From an archaeon (lineage in GTDB: Archaea; Asgardarchaeota; Thorarchaeia; Thorarchaeales; Thorarchaeaceae), in the NCBI GenBank assembly GCA_024275415.1, contig JAJRZD010000081.1:1-32000 (forward strand): a DNA stretch of 32,000 bases, read 5' to 3'. Positions 24,703 through 32,000 of this stretch are shown here, one piece after another; the stretch's first letter is position 1; every line of letters begins with the position of its first letter. The position numbers and the translations under genes were made by a program. The notes beneath the pieces are model-generated. The model was given only the letters and a program-made list of their open reading frames with translations. It was not told where the DNA came from and searched no databases.

Positions 24703-25194
24703 TTACTCTTTTTCAGTTTCTACCGTTGTAGCTTCTAATTCAAATTCGACATCAGGAGCAACAGGACCATAATGGAGCTTGCTCACATCCATTATCCCTT
24801 CGGTGTATGCTTCGTCATCACGCGTCATCTTCAACATTGCTGCACCACCAGATGCGACGATAGCAGAACCGATTCCCCACGAGGCATACCAGATCGTGTC
24901 AGCTACGTCCCATTGGAATGACACAAGAGTCAGGATAATGAACATGACTGACACAAAAGATGCGATAGATAGAAACAGGTTCTTCATCTTCCCTCGATCG
25001 GGTACGAAATAGCCAAGTAGCAACACCGACAACAGAATGGGGCCACCAAGTAGAAAGGCCAGATTGGAAGTTTCGAAGGCCGCTGACCCTGTGGTCATCT
25101 TGAAGATGAACTCAACAAAATATGCGGTCATCATCACGACTCCAATCCAGAACATGCAATACCTATCTGCGTCCTCATTCAACCTGCGATTCAT
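24703..25194 (-). CDS. Hypothetical 4-TM membrane protein with an acidic tail
   Basis: Four hydrophobic segments. Its start overlaps the stop of the FAD-NuoB gene (ATGA). Confidence 0.8.
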   Translation of the reverse strand: MNRRLNEDADRYCMFWIGVVMMTAYFVEFIFKMTTGSAAFETSNLAFLLGGPILLSVLLLGYFVPDRGKMKNLFLSIASFVSVMFIILTLVSFQWDVADTIWYASWGIGSAIVASGGAAMLKMTRDDEAYTEGIMDVSKLHYGPVAPDVEFELEATTVETEKE

Positions 25195-27146
25195 TGGATC
25201 ATCCCCATTGCATCTTGATTCTCGTATTTCCTCTGCCAGTGCGTTGTACCGGCACGAATCTTGTTCTGAAGGATAAGATGGGCTCTAATGAAATCTACGG
25301 GCTTGGGGGGGCATCCTGGCAGGTATACATCTACAGGCACGACCTTCTCAGGGGGAGTCATCAAGGAATATCCATCCCAGAACAACCCGCCACTGGCCGC
25401 ACATTGCCCGAAGCTTATGACGTATTTTGGTTCGGGCATCTGTTCATAGATACGGCGTAGTCGGGGAGCCATCTTCTTCGTGAGGGAGCCCGCAATCCAC
25501 AGCACATCTGCCTGCCTTGGACCAAATAGAGGAAGCATTCCAAAGCGCTCTATGTCCCAACGGGATGCTACTGCTGCTGCACCGTCCACCATGCAACACC
25601 CAATACCGTACTGTACTGGCCACGGACTATGTGCACGGCCCCATCTCAGCATCCATTTGAGTGGCGGAAGGTTCTGCAACCATTTCAACAGGATAGGTGC
25701 AATTCGCCCAAACCCATTTCGGAAGAGATCATAGCCAATCCACATGAAGTACTTCCCAATTTTAAGGATGAACGGTAACCAGTAGGCAAAGATCTTCCCT
25801 GGATTAGCAATCTCGTTTTTATCGAGTTTCAATTTCGCAGCCCGTATCTTTGCAAGTCTGCGCTCGCCAAAGTATTGCGGAGCATAGTTTGCAAACCAAA
25901 TCCCAATCCCATGGGGGTGTCCACCGTGTCGTTGTGCAATCTTGAATATGACAAAACTCTGGGACCATGAAAGCATGAAGAATCTGCGCCGCTCGTCTTC
26001 AAGGAAGTAGCCCATGATTGTGACACCGTTCTTTGAGGTCACATACCCGTCAATGCCGGCCCTTGCTGACGCCTGCTCGAACTGAAAGTCAGAAAGCACA
26101 GCCTCCAGATTCTCTAATGGAGCAAAGGCCTGCCCGACGACCAATGTGGGCCCTGCCTTCTTCACGCGCATCGGATAGAATCGATCCTTCCATTCGTGGG
26201 CAGCAACATGCTCATCATATACTGTGCCATGATATTGTTCTGTGATGTTGCGAACGACCTCAAAGCCTTCTTCAATCTCCTCCTCTGTCCCTTCGTAAGC
26301 GATGAGGACAGTACCATGATGCACTGGGAATGGAAACGGCTCATCTGAGTCCCAAATCTGCTTCTTGAGGTCAGTGTATTTGGACTCCTCGAACTTGATC
26401 GTATAGGGTAGGGGTCCTTCTTCAATCATCTTCTCCATCGCAAGAACCATTTGATAGTTCTCAGGAAAGCTTACCACGATAGGCTTGACTGGCATAAGGG
26501 GCTTGACCCTAAGGCGAATCTTCGTAATGATGCCCAAGATGCCCTCGGTATCGCAAAAGAGGTCTGTGTCAGTACTGGTTATTATCTTGCCATCAGGCAG
26601 AACCACTTCGAAGCTTAGAACATTGTCATTGATCTTCCCGTATTTCAAGGAGCCAATCCCATCGCCTCCTTGAGCCACCCATCCACCGATAGTGGCTGAC
26701 AACCCAGACGACGGATAGCATCGGAGATCCAGTCCAACTCGGTTCAGTTCGAATTGAAGATTTGCCCAGGAAATGCCTGGTTCCACAAGAACCGTCTGGT
26801 TCGCTTCGTCAATTTCGAGAACATTATCCATCCTGCGCATATCAACAATGACCCCTCCCTTACGAGGGATCGCGCCTCCATACCCACTTGTTCCCGCACC
26901 TCTGGGAATGATAGGAATTTTCTCTTCGTTGGCAATCCTGTATAAAGATTGTATTTCTTCAGGAGTTTCTGGTTGAACAGCTGCATCAGGGTTGTTATTC
27001 ATCATGTAGCCGACCTGTTTGGGTAGTGCACCTACATCAGTAGAGAAAATGACTAACTCATGCTTTGATGTGATCAGCCGGTCGCCAAAAACGTGTGATA
27101 GTTTCTCGAATTGCTTTTTCTTGAGTCCCATCGGAGATGTCTCCAT
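25191..27146 (-). CDS. Fusion of an FAD-binding oxidoreductase (GlcD/D-LDH/VAO fold) to complex I subunit NuoB
   Basis: N-terminal part: PRGAGTSGYGGAIP, ATIGGWVAQGG..SLKYG, EGILGIIT, HGIG and NPGK. C-terminal part: WGRAHSPWP..GCC, PRQADVL..AG, MPEPKYVISFGQCAASGG and VDVYLPGCPP. One continuous ORF; the start may be ATG 27131. Confidence 0.92.
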   Translation of the reverse strand: METSPMGLKKKQFEKLSHVFGDRLITSKHELVIFSTDVGALPKQVGYMMNNNPDAAVQPETPEEIQSLYRIANEEKIPIIPRGAGTSGYGGAIPRKGGVIVDMRRMDNVLEIDEANQTVLVEPGISWANLQFELNRVGLDLRCYPSSGLSATIGGWVAQGGDGIGSLKYGKINDNVLSFEVVLPDGKIITSTDTDLFCDTEGILGIITKIRLRVKPLMPVKPIVVSFPENYQMVLAMEKMIEEGPLPYTIKFEESKYTDLKKQIWDSDEPFPFPVHHGTVLIAYEGTEEEIEEGFEVVRNITEQYHGTVYDEHVAAHEWKDRFYPMRVKKAGPTLVVGQAFAPLENLEAVLSDFQFEQASARAGIDGYVTSKNGVTIMGYFLEDERRRFFMLSWSQSFVIFKIAQRHGGHPHGIGIWFANYAPQYFGERRLAKIRAAKLKLDKNEIANPGKIFAYWLPFILKIGKYFMWIGYDLFRNGFGRIAPILLKWLQNLPPLKWMLRWGRAHSPWPVQYGIGCCMVDGAAAVASRWDIERFGMLPLFGPRQADVLWIAGSLTKKMAPRLRRIYEQMPEPKYVISFGQCAASGGLFWDGYSLMTPPEKVVPVDVYLPGCPPKPVDFIRAHLILQNKIRAGTTHWQRKYENQDAMGMIQ

Positions 27147-27191
27147 CAGGTTGTCCAGACACCACTTGCTTTGCGATTGACTTCATGCCTG

Positions 27192-27199
27192 CATAAAAA
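27192..27199 (-). promoter_or_regulatory. Putative TATA box of the FAD-NuoB gene in a divergent promoter region
   Basis: TTTTTATG on the minus strand, 45-60 nt upstream of the candidate starts. A plus-strand TTTAAG near 27255 could serve the divergent gene. Confidence 0.4.
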
Positions 27200-27332
27200 C
27201 CTAGCGAGTGACCTACATCTTAGCGTAGACTTGAATGGGAAGGTATTTGTGGACTTTAAGCTTGGTTCTGATAGCAAGAAAAAGGAATTCGATGCGATAC
27301 ACATTTCAACGCAAAACAGTGAGGTAAGAAAC

Positions 27333-28556
27333 ATGGAATTTCCTAGTCTCAAAGCATACGGACTCCAAGATATGCCTTTTACATGCGCCCAATGCAGCTT
27401 TTGCCAGGTTGGCAATGGAGCGTGTCCCACATACAAAGTGAAACGCCTTGATAGCTACTCCGGTAAGGGGAAGATGGTGATTGCCCGTAACCTGTTGCAA
27501 GGACGCCTTAGACCATCTGAGGGGCTCGAAGGGCTAAGGGATGCTATCTTCAATTGTACACTGTGTGGTGGGTGTGAAGAAATATGTCAGGTAGATATCC
27601 CCTTTGTGAAGATCTATCAGCTGTTACGACACGAGTTCCTAAAGAGAGACATGTGGCCTCATGGACTTATGATGGCTAGGGACACTCTTCTAAAGACAAA
27701 CAACATCCAGGGACAATCCCAGATGGATCGCATCGAAGGCTGGTCCTATTGGCATCCTGATGAAGATATGGTACTAGACCTCCAAGGAAAGAAAGCCAAG
27801 ACCGCTTTCTTCGTTGGATGTACCTCGTCATTCAAAGGAGTGTCAATTCAGGCAACCATCGCTTCCACTCTCGTTTATGACAAGGCCGGAGTCGATTTTA
27901 CACTTCTGGGCGAGGAGGAATGGTGCTGTGGCGCACCGATGATAATGACGGGAGATTTTGACACTGCTAGGAAGTATGCCATGCACAACATCGAGAAGTT
28001 CCATGAGCTCGGTGTTGAGAGAGTTGTCACAAATTGCCCAGGCTGTTACAAAATGTGGGCTCACGAATATCACGAGTTCTTGGATATTGACCACGGTCTT
28101 GAGATTCTGTACGGTGCCGAATTTCTGATGGAAATCCTTGATGAGAACAAGCTGGATTTCAATACCCCCTTGGATAAGGGCATCACGTTCCATGATGGAT
28201 GTGATGCTGGTAGAAATGCTGGATTCTATGAGGAACCTCGGAAGGTCTTGGAGTACATTCCAGGAATCGAGTTCGAGGAGTTACCGCACAACAAGGCCAA
28301 TAGTTACTGCTGTGGTTCAGGGGGCGTCCTTAGAGCTGTAGACAATGACTTTGCAGTCAAGATAAACGAGCTTAAGGTGAAGGACATTGAAGCCACAAAT
28401 GCTGAAATCGTCGTATCACACTGTCCCTCCTGCGTTGACTTCATGCATAACCAATTGCCCGGTGCGGGCTCAAGCAAGACCTCGAAGGATCTAGTCGTAC
28501 TGGTTGCACAGGCATTGGGACTAGAGTGGGAAGGTCTTGAGGAAATCTATGGCTAG
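27333..28556 (+). CDS. Fe-S oxidoreductase with 2x[4Fe-4S] and two CCG domains (GlcF/HdrD-like)
   Basis: CAQCSFC..CP and CTLCGGCEEIC; FVGC, CCGAP, NCPGC, HDGC, CCGSGG and HCPSC. Start placed at ATG 27333 after GAGGT (the ORF-track start at 27111 overlaps the opposite gene). Confidence 0.9.
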   Translation: MEFPSLKAYGLQDMPFTCAQCSFCQVGNGACPTYKVKRLDSYSGKGKMVIARNLLQGRLRPSEGLEGLRDAIFNCTLCGGCEEICQVDIPFVKIYQLLRHEFLKRDMWPHGLMMARDTLLKTNNIQGQSQMDRIEGWSYWHPDEDMVLDLQGKKAKTAFFVGCTSSFKGVSIQATIASTLVYDKAGVDFTLLGEEEWCCGAPMIMTGDFDTARKYAMHNIEKFHELGVERVVTNCPGCYKMWAHEYHEFLDIDHGLEILYGAEFLMEILDENKLDFNTPLDKGITFHDGCDAGRNAGFYEEPRKVLEYIPGIEFEELPHNKANSYCCGSGGVLRAVDNDFAVKINELKVKDIEATNAEIVVSHCPSCVDFMHNQLPGAGSSKTSKDLVVLVAQALGLEWEGLEEIYG

Positions 28557-28603
28557 TACTGGACAGGCACACACACCGGCAGTAGGTAATCAAATAAGCC
28601 AGT

Positions 28604-29875
28604 GTGCATGTTATAGAAATAATGCCATTGCGCAAGGATGAACTAGAGGATAGGTGGCTATACGAGCAGATTGTCGAAAGAGTGCCTCCGTTCAAATGGT
28701 TACCGCCCACATTCGATGTGATGACTCAGCTGTTGTTAGTCGAAGCTGGGGGGATTCTCGCATTCCTGTACTTCCGTTTGCCAAATGAGGCTATCTTCTT
28801 AGGCACGTTGGCGATACTCTATACGGTCGTCTGGTCCGCTGGCTGTCTCTATGTCATCCCTTTTTTGAGGAAACTACGGGATCCTACGAACGAAGAGGAA
28901 CGCCGTGTCCTTACAAAGTACAAACACGACCTTCTTGAGGATAAGATGCTCGAGCTGATTGGAAGCATCGCATGTTACATCGCAATCACGTCGTATCTGT
29001 TATATGACCAAGAATTGCTTCACCGGTTCCTTGGTCAGGGCTACGGAAATCTCATTCTTTATGGACTCCTGCTAATCCTCTCATGGGATATTGCATACAG
29101 GTTATGGCTTTCTTTCTTCACGGCATTCTCATCGGCACGCAGATCCATAAGCTTAGCGAGAGCAGCAAGAAAGAGAAGAGGTCTCAAATACACAGCTTAT
29201 TCAGAAGTGCAAACGCTAAAATCACTAGATATGATCAATCTCTACTGGGCCGCTTCTGCAGTCCTGCTAGTCCCAATTGCCATTTCCACTGAGATATTGC
29301 TCTATTCAATCGTTGCATTCTTTCTTTCCATTGTGATCCTGTCATTCGTGAGCCTGCTGGCGATGGAAACGATACCCTGGTTCCCACCGGATGTCGAGGA
29401 CATCCTCTTGAGAGAAAGGTTTGCCTATGTGGCTGCATACAACAAGTCAACCCTTCACACAACTCCAGTGATCTTCGTCTACGACGGGAAATACATCTAT
29501 TTCGCAATCAGCGTGAAATCAGCAAAATACCGGTTGATAAAGAAGAACAATAGGATTGCAGTTCTTGTAGATATGAGGGACGCCAAGAACGCAATGAATA
29601 ACAGGTCAATACTAATGCGTGGGAAAGGACTTGTCCTCGGACAGGTCAGCCCCTTCGGACTTATCCGGTTGTTCCTGTACGGCCTGTGGATGTTGAGAGT
29701 AAGATCCCTGTTCTGGAAAAAATACCCCATGTATATGCGATATTATAAAGAAGAGGCTGACTCAATCCCGCTGGCATGGCAGGATAAGCCCTTCGTGTCA
29801 CGGGTTCTCGTAAGGCTCCAAGTAGAGAAAGCGACATACTGGAGAGAGGCGTTGCCGACATTCCTAAGGGTGTGA
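28604..29875 (+). CDS. Membrane protein fused to a C-terminal PNPOx-like (FMN/F420-binding split-barrel) domain
   Basis: Several TM helices in the N-terminal half, then ERFAYVAA..HTTPVIFVYDGKYIYF..SAKYRLIKKNNRIAVLVD. The start could be ATG 28622. Confidence 0.65.
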   Translation: MHVIEIMPLRKDELEDRWLYEQIVERVPPFKWLPPTFDVMTQLLLVEAGGILAFLYFRLPNEAIFLGTLAILYTVVWSAGCLYVIPFLRKLRDPTNEEERRVLTKYKHDLLEDKMLELIGSIACYIAITSYLLYDQELLHRFLGQGYGNLILYGLLLILSWDIAYRLWLSFFTAFSSARRSISLARAARKRRGLKYTAYSEVQTLKSLDMINLYWAASAVLLVPIAISTEILLYSIVAFFLSIVILSFVSLLAMETIPWFPPDVEDILLRERFAYVAAYNKSTLHTTPVIFVYDGKYIYFAISVKSAKYRLIKKNNRIAVLVDMRDAKNAMNNRSILMRGKGLVLGQVSPFGLIRLFLYGLWMLRVRSLFWKKYPMYMRYYKEEADSIPLAWQDKPFVSRVLVRLQVEKATYWREALPTFLRV

Positions 29876-29901
29876 TCTAATGAGTCTAACAATAAGAGTC
29901 G

Positions 29902-30387
29902 TTGGAGGGATATAAGAACGTGACAGCAAAGCATTGTATGATGCGACTGCATACAGGAGCCAGAAAGATATTGCGTGAAGGGTTCTTCGCGTACTTCACA
30001 ACTGGGAATCCAAGATCGTTCCCACACATCACAACAATGTTCTATATCTGGGACGAGGAATCATGTACATTCTATGTGATCACATCTGAATCGACAAAGA
30101 AGGTGAAGAATATCCAGCAGAACCCAAATGTCGCCCTCACCATTGATGAGCGTGACCCGCTGTCGCCTGCTGGTAACTGTGGTGTCTTGGTTCGTGGAAA
30201 GGCAAGAGTAATCCCCATCGAGGAGATGGGTGACATCCTCATGAACAAATACTGGGCAAAATACCTTAACGTCCTCGGACAGGGTTTTCCTATGGGCTCA
30301 CGCTTGGCGATAGAAATCACTCCTCGTGTGATTCACTATTGGAGCGGAATACACTTCTTCAAGTGGGTTGACCACAGACACGCATGA
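29902..30387 (+). CDS. Pyridoxamine 5'-phosphate oxidase-like split-barrel protein
   Basis: PHITTMFY, STKKVKNIQQNPNVALTID and GVLVRGKA motifs. The true start may be ATG 29938 or 29941. Confidence 0.8.
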   Translation: MEGYKNVTAKHCMMRLHTGARKILREGFFAYFTTGNPRSFPHITTMFYIWDEESCTFYVITSESTKKVKNIQQNPNVALTIDERDPLSPAGNCGVLVRGKARVIPIEEMGDILMNKYWAKYLNVLGQGFPMGSRLAIEITPRVIHYWSGIHFFKWVDHRHA

Positions 30388-30557
30388 CATGAACAATATC
30401 GTACATAGACTGAATCGTTATTCGAAAGGCCTTACTATAGACGCTTACTTGTAGATAGTGAAACGGGAGCCTGAGATTCACTTGATACAATCCTGCTGCC
30501 CCCCTCAGAGCTCACCAATCGCTGCATCATAAGACGACAGCATATCTTAGATATGTG

Positions 30558-31604
30558 TTACATTGCCGGAGGAGGTCGCGTCAGGTTACGGTACTGGATA
30601 GCACAAATCACGACTAGGACTATTCCCGCAATGGCCAGATAGATCAGATTTGATGTAAAACCCTTGAGGATATACCCTGCTGTGAGGCTCAGTGTAATGA
30701 GAAGATGTAGCATGATAGTCGCGGCGTTGGCGGGAACCAACCGATTCGGAGCCTCATACTCTCGCATCATGATTCGTACTCCCAAATAGCCCAACGGAAT
30801 TAACGTCAGAGCGAGGAGCGATTCAAACGCAATCAGCCCACTCACGACACAAACGACAATCCATACGAACACAGCTGCTATAAGAACAGCATAGCCCTTC
30901 GCAGCTTTCTCGCGTCCAAGCCGCACCACAACCGTTCTTTTTCCAGAATCCCTGTCTGCTGCATAGTCCTGAAATTCATTGATATAGAGAATCCCAGCAA
31001 CAAGAAGTGCTGTAGGTATCGACGCAAGTATTGGCTCAAGAAGGATGTTCTGAGCTTGAACGTAGTAGGATCCGAGTACCATCAGAACGCCAAAATTAAG
31101 GCCGATAAATATCTCCCCAATGCCACGCTTCACCAATCTGAACGGAGGTGCGGAGTAGAACAGCCCAGACGCAGCACCTATCATGCCAAAAACAAGGATC
31201 AGGATGCCTCGAGTCAGAGCGAGATATACACCTATCAAACCAGTGATTGCAAAGAAGACCATAGATTCAGCCAGCACCTCACGAGGTGTTAGAAGACCAA
31301 GCTGAATCATCCGACTCCCACCAGTGAAAGGACGGACGAATTCCGTGTTTATATCATCCGAACCCGTGTTCTCTGGAGTGTGGTCGAAATAATCGTTCGA
31401 CACATTGGCTGCAATGTGAAGAAATGCTCCTGCAATGACCGTCAAGAGAAAGACATCAAGCAGGAAAACCCCAGTCGTAGCCCAAGCTATCGCTGTGCCC
31501 AGAAAGACAGGTGAGATAGACGCGGTCAAGAATGGTGCTCTCAATTCCAGAAAGAACGCCTTCTTCTTAGATATTTGCATTGGCTCCTGAATGATTTCCG
31601 TCAT
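30558..31604 (-). CDS. menA: 1,4-dihydroxy-2-naphthoate polyprenyltransferase (UbiA family)
   Basis: ELRAPFLTAS, NVSNDYFD, GGSRMI, YSAPPFRL...GIGE and INEFQDYAADRDSGKRTVVVRLG motifs. Confidence 0.88.
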   Translation of the reverse strand: MTEIIQEPMQISKKKAFFLELRAPFLTASISPVFLGTAIAWATTGVFLLDVFLLTVIAGAFLHIAANVSNDYFDHTPENTGSDDINTEFVRPFTGGSRMIQLGLLTPREVLAESMVFFAITGLIGVYLALTRGILILVFGMIGAASGLFYSAPPFRLVKRGIGEIFIGLNFGVLMVLGSYYVQAQNILLEPILASIPTALLVAGILYINEFQDYAADRDSGKRTVVVRLGREKAAKGYAVLIAAVFVWIVVCVVSGLIAFESLLALTLIPLGYLGVRIMMREYEAPNRLVPANAATIMLHLLITLSLTAGYILKGFTSNLIYLAIAGIVLVVICAIQYRNLTRPPPAM

Positions 31605-31755
31605 CAGCTCTATGCCTCAATATGCAGTTTCGTAGATAGTCCATTCAAAACCTTTGCGGTGAGTTTTCAGAATTCCTTAAATGTAGAAAGTGTATCTGCG
31701 GAGCAACGCCAATACGAAGGCAAACCTTTTGAACTGATACGAGAAGGTCGCAAAC

Positions 31756-32000
31756 ATGGATACATTGGATTACCTTTCCGACAGACTCGACAAAACGTCG
31801 GACAGCATTTTTCTCACAGACCTTCTCAAGAATGAAGATATCAAATCACGATTAGAGATGATCAATTCAGAGATAGATATCCATCTAGGAAAGGATGGAG
31901 AACCAAAGATTCTGTACGAAACGGCAAAGCATCTCCTCAAGGCAGGCGGGAAGAGACTACGTTCGTTGTTAGTAGTGCTCTGTTGTGAAGCGGTCGGAGG
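31756..32000 (+). CDS. Polyprenyl diphosphate synthase, 3'-truncated by the window edge (not in ORF track)
   Basis: Hand-translated: MDTLDYLSDRLDK...EPKILYETAKHLLKAGGKRLRSLLVVLCCEAVG. GGKRxR is the trans-prenyltransferase N-terminal motif, and GAAGGT lies upstream. Confidence 0.85.
   Translation, partial: MDTLDYLSDRLDKTSDSIFLTDLLKNEDIKSRLEMINSEIDIHLGKDGEPKILYETAKHLLKAGGKRLRSLLVVLCCEAVG

Noticed and set aside
25191-27146. Calling the flavoprotein D-lactate dehydrogenase or glcD
   Set aside because: The fold fits, but the catalytic His/Glu metal ligands are not evident.
27111-27332. 74-aa N-terminal extension of the CCG protein
   Set aside because: It overlaps the opposite gene and the divergent promoter. 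ATG 27333 has a good SD motif.
1-32000. Remaining short overlapping ORFs; CRISPR arrays, tRNA/rRNA, transposases
   Set aside because: The short ORFs are alternate-frame or antisense shadows of well-supported genes. I saw no spaced repeats, RNA gene signatures or transposase motifs by eye.

Overview
Archaeal genomic DNA (TATA-like boxes, GGAG/GGTGA Shine-Dalgarno motifs, CxxxY-type CcmE); Asgard archaeon is my inference. The window is a compact anaerobic respiratory cluster. It holds System I cytochrome c maturation genes (ccmABC, an unannotated 44-aa ccmD-like gene, ccmE, and a separate ccmF), a membrane-anchored multiheme cytochrome c, and an 11-gene complex I-like operon (A-J-K-C-D-H-I-M'-L-M-N) without nuoB or nuoEFG. 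It also holds a CCG-domain Fe-S protein, two PNPOx-like proteins, menA and a partial polyprenyl synthase. Three main observations: (1) the missing NuoB is fused to the C-terminus of an FAD-linked oxidoreductase just upstream, suggesting a covalently attached electron-input module; (2) the complex has a second NuoM and a matching 26-residue duplication in the NuoL lateral helix (2M-type); (3) the 551-aa HEAT-repeat protein resembles animal VEPH1/Melted minus the PH domain, judged against my memory of the human sequence. Also seen: CxxCM and Cx5CH motifs in the cytochrome, and an unannotated 59-aa protein carrying a near-copy of the cytochrome's C-terminal anchor. I saw no rRNA, tRNA, CRISPR array or mobile element. 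All family calls come from motif recognition, not database searches.
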